A stretch of 64,000 bases of DNA from Thermoplasmatota archaeon (GTDB taxonomy: Archaea > Thermoplasmatota > E2 > JACPAO01 > JAHFTW01). A program made the translations under genes and the position numbers. Each line of letters begins with the position of its first letter. The stretch's first letter is position 1. The DNA lies in contig JBFIHX010000001.1 in assembly GCA_041601615.1 (NCBI GenBank), forward strand, positions 320,001-384,000, written 5' to 3'. Positions 43,201 to 48,026 of the stretch are shown piece after piece. Under the pieces are notes generated by a model, which had not been told where the DNA came from, ran no database searches, and saw only the letters and a list, made by a program, of their open reading frames with translations.

Positions 43201-43219
43201 CTTGGTCGGTTGGGTCCAT
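25277..43219 (-). CDS. Five-module NRPS, ~5980 aa: C-A-T / C-A-T / C-A-T-E / C-A-T / C-A*-T-TE
   Basis: Five C domains (HHVAFDE, HHFAFDE, HHIAFDE, HHTLLDG, HHIAFDG), five A domains, T motifs GGHS/GGHS/GGDS/GGHS/GGDS, E domain (PLTPIQHWFF, HHLVVDGVSW), TE GWSFG. Likely start ATG 43219 (ORF open to 43303). Confidence 0.97.
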   Translation of the reverse strand: MDPTDQVSKKPASDPSVLSEAKAALLAKWVQKKGPKPALLSIPRIDPAAPAPLSYAQQRLWFLHELDPKNAAYNMVNAYRMRGPLQIPALEQALAAIVRRHSVLRTTFEAGANGPVQVVHPAASVPLPLHDLQDLAPEAQQAARNQHGLEETQEPIDPTTGPVLRARLLRLGAEDHELLVTVHHVAFDEGSELRFQQELAAHYTAAATQKETAPLPEPRIQYADYAAWQRNLPKTGSEAHLNYWKTKLSGLPALDLPTDRPRPAVHGSQGTMHSFRLPATVSQRFRDLCRSENVTVYMGLLAAFQSLLHRYSGQDDLATGSPVSGRTHKDTEDLIGFFVNTLVLRADFTGAPSYREFLSRTRSTCLEAYSHQDVPFEHVVEAVQPERDPSRTPLFQALFSLQNTLDETPKPHGLDMEAQFVVSPTSKFDLSLYMLDDPDGFQGWIEYSTDLFDESTIARMAQHLEQLMKSACASPDAPLAQLALLDEDEQARLLALGTTPALPTPTHTVHEWIAQTAQQHPDKIAIQMAPEAWTYQELDERATVLAATLQAAGVRPGALVGLCSERSPDLVAAVLAVLRCGAAYLPLDPAYPKERLAFMLQDSGASHVLMGTGLDDVLPASDARRVPMPAADSTMQVGNEFAPAAVASEDTAYVLYTSGSTGQPKGTPIHHGALCNLLAAMQNRLEVTPEDTLLSITTLSFDIGTMELLLPLITGATLSLVSRETARDSEALAALVPTATLMQATPATWRMLVDAGWPKVPESHRRLRALSGGEPLAPDLSRAILARAAQLYNGYGPTETTIYSTAHRVRPQDLDAPRIPIGTAVPGTTLTVVDRHGNLTLPGVPGELRIQGHGVATGYLGRPELSAEKFLTAPDGTRTYCTGDLVRWLPDGTLDYLGRIDRQVKIRGFRIEPGEIEVALRSHKQVTNAVVSVHRSQAEPRLVAYVVAKTPDEPELPALLRQHLAAQLPSHMVPAAFVTLPAIPLLPNGKVDTAKLPAPDEDHLARTATHEPAQTATEHALAALWKEVLGVENVGRADDFFALGGHSLLATRLVARIREDQGITLPLRHVFATPKLRDLATAIDQALAIDAGPDEPRPEPLANRTGLPLSPAQERMWFLHQMDPTSAAYNMAFAHQLTGSLDRDALGAAIQAVVTKHEALRTVVLEAEGAPVQVVLDASEAQVDLAFHDLRTLETDPQTERLHAIMDESAAQPFDLQHGPVLRATLLCRADDDHVLLLVLHHFAFDEHSHQVLLNDLGAAYTAARNGEPSMGPAELQYGDFAHWQAHQDPAPKRAALESWSQRLLAARPLDLPTTHAAPATRTFHGAHHHFKLQVPRPQLQAVSASASATPFMTLLAAFQATLHRFSGQIDFAVAAPSSGRPSEHWNNVVGMFVNTLAIPAHLDAAQTFQNHLTNVRATCSEAYAHDVAYAELASHIHAQRPHATGELAHAFFSFEHANTNMDAIPGLHMETWMVPTPTSKFDVSLFVQDTPAGIRASLEYSTDLFDAAWAQRFAASFQHLLDAAITEPNTPVGNLPLQSPAEASSLLAFNPDATPIMAVSAEAAVRNHATQTPNAVAIECEGIPCTYQALNTRVDAIAARIQARGAGPGTMVAVCMPRGFDLVASLLAVHRVGAAYVPLDPDHPASRTALVLADADIQLVLCTTSTRNALPSSCIRLAVDAPETDNDVHIAPRTDLSTDLAYVLHTSGSTGTPKGVMVGHEALRNLLGAFRAQLDVQSTDRLLAVTTISFDIAALELFLPLVSGATIVLATKKQATDPRYLAPLADNANLMQATPATWRMLVDEDWGGNPNLRALCGGEALPMDLAQSLRSRTASLWNVYGPTETTIWSTIHPVTGDEAAMPIGRPLANTRAYILDPQNQLAPVGVRGELCLAGAGVGAGYLERPELTAEKFVEDPFEPGKRMYRTGDLASWAPDGTLLFHGRMDRQLKVRGFRIEPGDIEHALRQEPGVQQAAVVAHSTAGSSARLVAYVAMEPGFDASGLRKALGKRLPQHMVPSTFVTLDELPLTPNKKIDLAALPAPESVDPATAPGYDAKLVAPRTDTEQALAELWQDLLQVSNVTVHDHFFQRGGHSLLATRLASRIRSVLAVEVPLRDLLAALTLEAQAALVDSLHEANDANDASDATGSISFQQQRMLFLHDLDPASAAYNMAVLRRIQGPLDTAVLQQALGEVIHRHPTLRTIFPRNDHGIPTPKLLAEDQIPLQIIKAEDEEDARCILQDAAHEPFDLATGPIVRATLVTLAPEHHILLIGVHHIAFDEWSEDVLLADLRLAYHARIQGAPPRFKNLPRTYAQHAAATRSRLEAGTLDDQLAYWKQQLASLPPLDLPTDHARPAAPTNHGATTPVRIPGTVLDGLRSLCNDTGATLHMGLLAAWQSLLHRYSGQEDFAVGTPIAGRDHEETHNLIGFFVNTLALRADFSDTPSFRTLLAQAKTTALNAYAHQEAPLEHVVEELGIARELDRTPLFQVAFLLQASAQTPSEPGPNELQWSHFHVPAETAKFDLTLALTDGDDAAEMDGFLEYSTDLFAPETAERMATHFTALLAAMVAEPDRAVAHASMLEAAEEAQIESWNQTKRALPEPAVLHTMFSAQAQATPDAPALIQGDAELTYAELDTASTHLAHRIIGLGIRHGDLVGISTRRSLDTTIAVLAVLKAGAAYIPLDPSYPRERLAFMIEDAAPRLVLTHTDLAERLPVDGDRLYLLDGPGSNDPAEAVALPVVAPDDLAYIIYTSGSTGQPKGVLLEHLGAANLAMSHGVLFAPGPGDRVLQFASASFDASVWEWLMALTHGAALVLPSAGTTLAGDDLAHMLQDQHITLATLPPTALATLDTNTDFPRLHTLIVAGEACAPPLVQHWSKGRRFVNAYGPTETSVCVTAHFAEDPPRRVLPIGHPLPNMEAHVLDANGRPVPIGVPGELHAGGAGLARGYHNRPELTADRFIPHPEKPGARLYRTGDLVRRLADGQLEFLGRIDHQVKIRGYRIELGEVESTLLEHPDVSEVIVMAREDVPGDKRLVAYLTGNTDAATCRQHLETRLPGHMVPSAFVVLDALPLTPNGKVDRRALPDPSASALTSSATFVAPRTPREAELAKVWQEVLRVPRVGIHDNFFELGGDSILSIQVVARAQKRGLAITTRALFDHQTVAALAAVAATEKEVQAEQGLVEGTVPLTPIQHWFFARDLPARHHFNQSVLLEVADSVPDTAIEQAIQRILSHHDALRLRFQSGANGWTQDHVSPDAASHDAYARIGLGDHSAAAADAAMLEACQEAQASLDPTTGHNVRAVLFDLGAERPRKLLIAVHHLVVDGVSWRIILEDLETLFADPEAELPPKSTAFRDWATKLVDHATHDEELQAQLPYWTQQTLDTRLPRDSDGENTTDHEQHIHVTLGRDYTEALLRDLPRASGARTEEALLAALATALAEWTGQNQVLVDMEGHGREDILDDVDTNRTVGWFTTTYPLRIDLPGTSNDATLDAVRETLRAVPNRGIGHGLLEYLGPNAARAQLAALAAPEVSFNYLGRFDDAPSDGPPAKLRMLDDAHGDDVAPVGARNRVLELNGAVTHGQLSMRFSYADSIHHEATIQRVADRFQQVLQDMAQTWKARAERQGSNEAARFPLVRAPAAQLQRALAGRTSQVADAYPLTPMQEGMLFHSLREPETGVYVEQSAFHLDGPINLDALEAAWRTLVTRHDILRTAFAWEGLDEVLQLVYHEAPLEVQRLDWSNDSAAALEARLEAFLDEDRIRGFDLAAPPLMRVALIQHAPEQHHMVWTNHHTLLDGWSLPVLLDELGQAYSAHCKDQALELPEPRPFSAFVAHLQNKDPAAAKTYWQNALAGLESPTPLPFEGGSANLATGTKSLLPGEVSTHLDTGTLQALQDLARRTRVTLSTVLQAAWAVVLGRHNDRDDVLFGATVSGRPAELDGVESMVGLFINTLPVRVRLPDNETVPNWLMGLQRQQIEMRDHEHVPLPEIQSWSPLARGQSLFESLLVFENYPWSEGSKQALPIQSVQGLSRTNFPLSLVAAPGDGLGLRLFFDTSRFDDAGIQRLMEHLTHVLEGLAHAPPTATVGDLGILGANESARLAHWGQTTTHVAPACIHDLVHARATADPKAIAVEQAGIKYTYQELQARSNAFAACLRAIGIEHGTVLALALKPSPDAVAAALGTFQAGAAYVPVDPEYPADRIAHMLQDSQAQCIITTSDLADRFTDTGADLILLDDESTWKAPAAFAPVETKPRDLAYIIYTSGSTGKPKGVLVEHQGAAALAAAQQAAFDIQPGTRVLQFASWSFDASVWEMLMALANGATLCLMPQRVAGEALQSFLVQETIHAATLPPTVLRSLEPESLPNLRVVVSAGEELAADLCNAWAHGRSMFNAYGPTESTVCASIKQCQVGDGTPTIGKPFAGARIVLLDTKKRPVPAGVAGELCIGGDCLARGYHDRPELTADRFINDPTQPDDATARLYRTGDLARWNPDGELEFLGRIDHQVKIRGHRIECGEVENALRAHPLVADAFAMALPDPAGGQRLVAYLLGDNVPAAPDLRSFLAQTLPDAMIPSAFVALEALPLTPNGKVDRKALPAPEDIARLGSNHIAPRDPVEQILASIWTRVLGATRVGVHDDFFELGGHSLTATQVVSRIRNALDMEVPLKTLFSARTLEALAHEVRRLRDDGSGLLVPPVTRFDGNDETESAPLSFSQQRLWFLDQWEPGSAVYNIPAFYRLSGILDVRALESALSETIRRHHVLRTTYTTDDEGQPTQLVGPHDRQPLEIIDLTHIPVADREQAAQAIANEESRKPFDLAHGPVYRVKLLRLARDDHWMLLGFHHIAFDGWSMSVLLHEIGVLYEAYHAGTPHSLPDPEVQYGDFARWQRQHLDETALAKQMKHWHKELAHVQSLDLPTDRPRPKVQSFRGSHRWFALPSHLSERLKTFAREEGVTLFMPLLAAFETILHRWSGQEDFAIGTPVAGRTRAETEGLLGFFVNTLVLGADVQGDPSFRELLSRVRDSCLDAYANQDVPFERLVSELHPQRDTSRSPLFQAMFALQDDAMEGNKWGGVRVGGIPVSSNASKFDITMFVADAEERLEGLVEYRSDLFDATTMDRLCNQFQALIEAVLNDPDTPLSGLSLLPAAERELVLHTWNQTSAPYPDAHCIHDLVQEQRHRTPDAPAVLHGDSTWTYAQLDDRAEAIAAHIKASGTQPGDHVAVLLERSTDTPAALLGVLKAGAVYVPIAPSAPRDRIAYILNDAHIKTVLHHAKQEALLGTWPGTRITLDSIPHEAPRVETQGNLPGPQAPAIITYTSGSDGRPKGVVLHHQAISNLAEASKTALGIHPKSRVLQYASAGDDGSILEMIGTLANGASLIIPTPSTTPLGANLHRILAEQEITSVLLPPAVLATLPPDVQLPHLERLLTRGDPLPPALARTWARKVSLANAYGLTEATVIATLAEISADHQGTTPIGRPIANNRAYVLGAHLQPVPVGIAGELCIAGTGLATDYINRPGLANERFVEAPFATGERMHRTGDIARWRPDGQLEYLGRMDDQINIRGHRIDPGEIEAALHEQAEIATAVATIREDEPGNPRLIAYIVHGDGKQRTPEALRAALARTLPDSMIPSAIVPLDAMPLTLHGRVDKTALPAPGASPQTADHHQAPRTELERTLFNIWSKVLKRDHVGIHDNFFDIGGDSILTIRVIALAEQQGIHLEPKQLFEFQNIEELANAIETGTAASNGSIVSFGQRSNNPLFLVHAAAGGAGPFAPLARMLPHHALHAFQAPGIQEGTTPNSSITELAKQYLHDMRTIQPQAPYTLGGWSFGALIAHEMTRILEADGHTVDQLVLLEPTPTFNLASHLKTKVELEDGPIGPEILQLVGLTPDQEPDRADVARRLAVRQAHIQAMLEHEPGTVQAPAILLVTDDTRAQLPTLVSSWYKHLSKAPREATIPGTHDHILEPGFVEDLAETLNAHLTPKEVA

Positions 43220-43322
43220 CCTACGACTCTGCTCGAATCCGCTGACCTCTTTAGCGGTTCGGGACGCCGCGTTCGCTGCAAATGCGCCGTGGGGCCCGGC
43301 CACAAGGCAAAAGAGCGCGCCC

Positions 43323-44267
43323 GTGTCGGGCCTGATTGGAGCTCCGGACGTGGAAGACGAACCTTTGGTTGTGGATGGTCTTGTGAAGCGCTACGGCAAA
43401 CTGGTCGCGGTGGACAACGTCTCGTTGCAAGCCAAGCGCGGCCAGGTGCTCTGCGTCCTGGGCACCAATGGCGCCGGCAAGACCACGACCTTGGAGGTTT
43501 CGCAAGGGGTTCGAAAGGCGACCGAGGGGCATGTGCGCATTTTTGGCGAGGATGCCTGGGGTGCCGCCAAGAACCTCAAGCGCCGCATGGGATTCCTTCC
43601 CCAGCAGTTTACAGGCTTTCCCATGCTGACCGTGAAGGAAAACTTGGATTACTTCAGTGCCATCTATGATGCGCGACCCGACACGGAGGGTCTGTTGGCA
43701 AGCCTTGGATTGGAGCACTGCACTCATCAGCGGTTTGGAACCTTGAGCGGGGGCACCATGCGCCGGGTGGCCATCGCGACGGCGCTTGTGAACGACCCTG
43801 AGCTGTTGTTTTTGGACGAACCGGCCGCGGGCGTAGATCCGGCCAGCCGCCGACATTTGTGGGGCATCGTGGAATCGCTTCGCAGCCGGGACCGCGCCAT
43901 TGTCTTGACGACCCACGCCATGGATGAGGCAGAGCGCCTTGCCGATGAAGTGGTGGTGATGCACAAGGGCCGCATTGTTGCCCGTGGCCCCCCGGCACAG
44001 GTTCGCTTGGAGCACGGCGGCGGCGCCATGCTTCGATTGGCGGGAGTGCCCGAGCCGATTCCTGAAATTCTTGCCCGTCGCACCGGTTTGCTCCGAGACG
44101 AGGACGACGCCTTGCTCCTGCCCCTGGCGAGTGCTGCAGAAGGTTCGTCCATCATGGCAAGCCTGGTCCAAGCCGGCGTTCCCTTCCATGAGGTTTCCAT
44201 TCGAGAGCCGAGCCTAGACGACGCCTTCGTTCGACTGGTGGGCACCGGCGCGGAGGCACGCGCATGA
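43323..44267 (+). CDS. ABC-2 type exporter ATP-binding subunit
   Basis: GTNGAGKT, LSGG, LLFLDEP, TTH. Divergent from the NRPS. Confidence 0.93.
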   Translation: MSGLIGAPDVEDEPLVVDGLVKRYGKLVAVDNVSLQAKRGQVLCVLGTNGAGKTTTLEVSQGVRKATEGHVRIFGEDAWGAAKNLKRRMGFLPQQFTGFPMLTVKENLDYFSAIYDARPDTEGLLASLGLEHCTHQRFGTLSGGTMRRVAIATALVNDPELLFLDEPAAGVDPASRRHLWGIVESLRSRDRAIVLTTHAMDEAERLADEVVVMHKGRIVARGPPAQVRLEHGGGAMLRLAGVPEPIPEILARRTGLLRDEDDALLLPLASAAEGSSIMASLVQAGVPFHEVSIREPSLDDAFVRLVGTGAEARA

Positions 44268-45337
44268 ACCGCCGTGCCGTCGGCGCCGAGTGTCAGTACA
44301 TTTTGCGCATCTGGACGCGCTCCGGTTCCCACATCGTCATGTCGGTGGTGATGCCGGTGATTCTCTTGCTTGCCCTGGGATTCTTCTTCGGCGCGTCGAG
44401 CACGCCAGCACCCCATGTGTTCGTCGAAGATCGAGCCGACTCCGAAGCATCCCATGACTTGGTGGCCAACCTCACCCAATCCAGCTTGTTTGAACTCCAA
44501 TCGGGCAAGGCCCCCGCGCAAGACACCGCCACCATTTCGTCGTGGATGCACGCCCAGAACCTAGACGCATACGTGCACATCCCCGCAGGCTACGGCAACG
44601 CCTCAGCGCCCGAAACCGTGCAGGTCTTTGTGGTGGACGCCGATTCCTACGCCGGCAAAACACTGCTTGCATCCATCCAGCACGCGCTTGCTGCGCCCAC
44701 CGAAACAACCAGTCCCCTTGCCGTGTTGCCCATTGCGCCCGCCCCCGCCTACCGCGCCATGCTGCTTCCCGGCATCATCGGCCTCTCCATCGTCACTACC
44801 GGCGTCTCCGTGGGCTTTGCCAGCATCTCCGAATTGCGCCACCATGGCCTCTTGCAGCGCCTCGCTGCCTCCCCGCTTGGAAAAGCAGAATGGCTCCTGG
44901 GCCGCATGATGGGCGTTGGCGTCGTAAGCCTCGTCTCCGTGCTCGTGCTCCTCGTCGTGAGCCGCATCGTCTTCGGTGCCACATTCACCCTTGGCATCTG
45001 GACGCTCCCGCTCGTCTTGGGAGGAACCTTGGTGTTTGCAGGCCTAGGAACCCTGTTGGGTCTCGCCGTAGAGCGCCCCGAAGCGGGAGCCGCCGTGATG
45101 AACCTCGTGCTCATGCCGCTGATTCTGCTTTCCGGCGCGTTCTTCGACCTCTCCAACAGCCCCGTCGTGCTGCAATGGATCGCCTTGGCCTCGCCCTTGA
45201 CACACCTCGTGGACGGACTACGCGCCGACATGCTCGGCATCGGCGACGCGGCAGTGCCGGCCCTCGCCATGGTCGGATTTGCACTCCTGCTCCTCGTCGG
45301 TGGAGCACGCCTCATTCGGTGGACGGAACGCCCGTAG
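44264..45337 (+). CDS. ABC-2 type exporter permease
   Basis: N-terminal TM, extracellular loop, about 5 further TMs, LSGAFF..., SPLTH. ATGA overlap with the ATPase. Confidence 0.9.
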   Translation: MNRRAVGAECQYILRIWTRSGSHIVMSVVMPVILLLALGFFFGASSTPAPHVFVEDRADSEASHDLVANLTQSSLFELQSGKAPAQDTATISSWMHAQNLDAYVHIPAGYGNASAPETVQVFVVDADSYAGKTLLASIQHALAAPTETTSPLAVLPIAPAPAYRAMLLPGIIGLSIVTTGVSVGFASISELRHHGLLQRLAASPLGKAEWLLGRMMGVGVVSLVSVLVLLVVSRIVFGATFTLGIWTLPLVLGGTLVFAGLGTLLGLAVERPEAGAAVMNLVLMPLILLSGAFFDLSNSPVVLQWIALASPLTHLVDGLRADMLGIGDAAVPALAMVGFALLLLVGGARLIRWTERP

Positions 45338-46100
45338 AATCCTGCGGCCACGGGAATACTCGAACCAAAGCCGGCTCCGGTCCATCCAAGGCCAACGCCA
45401 AACCGACGCTCGAATGACCCGGAATCGCGGGCCGCTGAAGCCGAAACGACAAGCCTGGCCCCAGCGGATCCGGCACCGCCTCGCCCTGCCACGTCGCCGT
45501 GTCCACTTGTTCCAATGCCAGAGCCAGTCCATGGCCACGCAACTTGCCGTATGCTTCCTTGGCGCTCCAAGCCTGCAAAAACGCCGAACGCCACTCCGAT
45601 GCAGACCCGGACGCAGCAAGCAATGCCTGCTCAGCCACGGAGAAAAACCGCAGCGAAACGTCCTCCACATCCTCGGCGCGTTCAGGAACCTCCACATCCA
45701 CCCCAACTTCCCGATGCCACGCCACCGCAACCACACCCAAGCCGCCCGCGTGGCTCGTGTTGAACTGCAAGGGCGAAGGCTGCAAGGGCTCCTGGTTCTC
45801 CATCAATCGAGGCTTGCCGTGGGACTTGCCACAATGGCGACAGGTTCGATCAAATTGCAGCGCCGACGGATCGCGCCGCGTGTATCCGGCAAGGATGGCT
45901 CGAAGTGCTCCGCGACGGGCGCGGAATCGGGCCGCATCCACGGGATCTCGAAATCGCTTGGCCGCGCTTCGTTCCGCATCCTCCAGGACTTCTTCCGGCA
46001 CGATTGCGGCCTCCGTATCGGTATCGAACCACCATAAATGCACGGCGCCAGCGCGAAGGTCCAGAAGATCCAACAACCCCACACTTGGCCCATGGCTCAT
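45312..46100 (-). CDS. Sfp-type 4'-phosphopantetheinyl transferase
   Basis: HGKP, FNTSH, VGVDVE, WSAKEAYGK motifs. Confidence 0.92.
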   Translation of the reverse strand: MSHGPSVGLLDLLDLRAGAVHLWWFDTDTEAAIVPEEVLEDAERSAAKRFRDPVDAARFRARRGALRAILAGYTRRDPSALQFDRTCRHCGKSHGKPRLMENQEPLQPSPLQFNTSHAGGLGVVAVAWHREVGVDVEVPERAEDVEDVSLRFFSVAEQALLAASGSASEWRSAFLQAWSAKEAYGKLRGHGLALALEQVDTATWQGEAVPDPLGPGLSFRLQRPAIPGHSSVGLALALDGPEPALVRVFPWPQDSTGVPSTE

Positions 46101-46147
46101 GTGCCTGCCGCCGCCACGGCTAAGCACACCCCCACTTCGACCCCCGG

Positions 46148-46900
46148 GTGCCCGCCGTACCAGCGCGACGCATCACGCAAATTCCTGGCTCGTTGCCGAC
46201 CCGGTTGCAGTTGTTTGTGGTTCCCCACGCGGGCGCGGGTGCGTCCGCCTACCGAGGCTTCCGGTCTCTGCTGCCCGAGGACGTGGAGCTCTGCCTCGTG
46301 CATCTGCCGGGCCGAGAAGGCCGCATCCAAGAGCCACTGCTTCGGGATATGCTGGACTTGGTCGATGATTTGCTGCCGTCCCTGCAAGCAGCCACTGCGG
46401 GCCCCTATGCGTTCTTTGGCCACAGCATGGGCGCTATACTTGCCTTCGAAGCAACCATGCGAATCTTGGCCACGGGCGGCCAAGCCCCGCGCCGCCTCTT
46501 CGTCAGTGCCCACCGCGCCCCGCACCTGTCCGATCCGCGAGGGCCACGGCACATGGCCACGGATGAACAACTCCTCGAAGAACTGGCGCGCCTTGGCGGA
46601 ACTCCCCCGGAAATCCTCGCCCACCCCGAACTGATGGCCATGGTCTTGCCCGTGTTTCGAGCCGACTTGGAAGCACTCCATTCCAGGACCAACTCCCGAC
46701 TCGAGGCCCTTCCCGTGCACATCACCGCACTTGGCGGCACCCAAGACCCCACCGTAGGCGAACCGGGACTCGCCGCTTGGCAAGCACTGGCGCCCGCACA
46801 CGGGTTCCAACTTCATTGGTTCGAAGGCGGCCATTTCTACTTCCAAGACAACCCCGCCTTCGCCTCATTCTTGACCAAGCAGCTCCAGGCCCTTTACTGA
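46148..46900 (+). CDS. Type II (editing) thioesterase
   Basis: PHAGAGAS, LPGREGR, FFGHSMGA, FRADL, GGHFY. Confidence 0.93.
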   Translation: MPAVPARRITQIPGSLPTRLQLFVVPHAGAGASAYRGFRSLLPEDVELCLVHLPGREGRIQEPLLRDMLDLVDDLLPSLQAATAGPYAFFGHSMGAILAFEATMRILATGGQAPRRLFVSAHRAPHLSDPRGPRHMATDEQLLEELARLGGTPPEILAHPELMAMVLPVFRADLEALHSRTNSRLEALPVHITALGGTQDPTVGEPGLAAWQALAPAHGFQLHWFEGGHFYFQDNPAFASFLTKQLQALY

Positions 46901-46901
46901 A

Positions 46902-48026
46902 TTAGACCGGCGACGCGACGCGAGATTTTGCAACCTTGGCCACGCGCTTGACCGCAAGGACACCCTTGGGATTAGCCAAAATCTGCCAGAGCTTGGGCTT
47001 GTCTCCCACGTGGCGTCCATGCCAAGCACCGGCCGCATAGCAAATCTCTTCGTCGTTGAGCTTCAGCATCGCCTCGTTGGAGTTGCGCAAATGGACGTAC
47101 TTACCAAGCCACTGCTTTTTCCAGCGCTTCTCGTACTCCTCAAGGCTCGTTTTTCCCTGCAAGAATCGAGCCGCAACATCGCCAGCAAGCCAACCCGAAT
47201 GCAGCCCCACCTCGAAGCCACCCTGACCCGCCGCGCCGCCCGTGGCCATGACGCGATCTTTGTACAATTGATTCGGCAACGTGTACAGCGGATCGGCGCC
47301 GACGCCACAGTACCGCGCATCCACATCCTTCCAACCCATCAAACCTGCGTCAATTTCTAGGGCACGCCGAGCCATCGCTTCGGCGCCTTCGCGGTCTCCT
47401 CGAAAAAACGTCCAGTGGATCCATTTGTCCTTGCCAAGCGGATTCAACTGCGAGCGCCCACCAGGTGCATGAGTGCCGATGGTGTTGTACACACGCCCGT
47501 CCGACTCTGGCTCCGGCGCCTCGAACTCCATGACGCCCACCCACTGCATCGCGTCGGGGTTCTGCGTCGCCTCGAAGAAACGAGACACTTGCGAACGGGC
47601 ACCGTCGGCAAAAATCAGCAACTCGGGTTGGATTTCGAGGCCCTTGGCCACAAGCCGCAGATCCGGATGCGCCTCCACGCCCTCCACTCCGGTGTGGATT
47701 GTGACGCCTTCCGCCCTTGCAAGCTCGGCAAGGTGCTGGTCAAATGCCGTCCGATCCATCAAAGACAATCCGCCATCAATGAACGGGCCCCGGCCGTCGC
47801 GGCCGCGCAGCCGCGTTCCCGCGAGTCGCCGGGTAATCGTGTGTTCCGGTTGCTCGATTTGCTTGGGCCAGAGAAAATCCATGGCCGTAATGGCAGGTGC
47901 CGCCGGCACGCCAATTTCCTTTTTTGCTTCGATCAGAACCACGCTGGCGCCGGCTCGGGCCGCCGCGATGGCCGCCGCCAGACCCGCAGCACTTGCTCCT
48001 ACGATCGCGATCTGCGTTTGCTGCAC
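46902..48026 (-). CDS. Divergent geranylgeranyl reductase-family FAD oxidoreductase
   Basis: IVGASAAGLAAA, EAKKEIGVP, DRTAFDQHLA, IFADGARS, APGG, SGWLAG, YEKRWK. Confidence 0.75.
   Translation of the reverse strand: MQQTQIAIVGASAAGLAAAIAAARAGASVVLIEAKKEIGVPAAPAITAMDFLWPKQIEQPEHTITRRLAGTRLRGRDGRGPFIDGGLSLMDRTAFDQHLAELARAEGVTIHTGVEGVEAHPDLRLVAKGLEIQPELLIFADGARSQVSRFFEATQNPDAMQWVGVMEFEAPEPESDGRVYNTIGTHAPGGRSQLNPLGKDKWIHWTFFRGDREGAEAMARRALEIDAGLMGWKDVDARYCGVGADPLYTLPNQLYKDRVMATGGAAGQGGFEVGLHSGWLAGDVAARFLQGKTSLEEYEKRWKKQWLGKYVHLRNSNEAMLKLNDEEICYAAGAWHGRHVGDKPKLWQILANPKGVLAVKRVAKVAKSRVASPV

Noticed and set aside
20441-43245. Many long alternative-frame and antisense ORFs over the NRPS/PKS (e.g. 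27972-30083, 30005-31597, 39747-41687)
   Set aside because: Arg/Pro-rich or Gly/Val-rich shadow ORFs typical of high-GC coding DNA, with no motifs.
20353-46900. MbtH-like protein, halogenase, methyltransferase or regulator in the cluster
   Set aside because: None found. The intergenic spaces are small and show no MbtH (SxWP...PxGW) motif.
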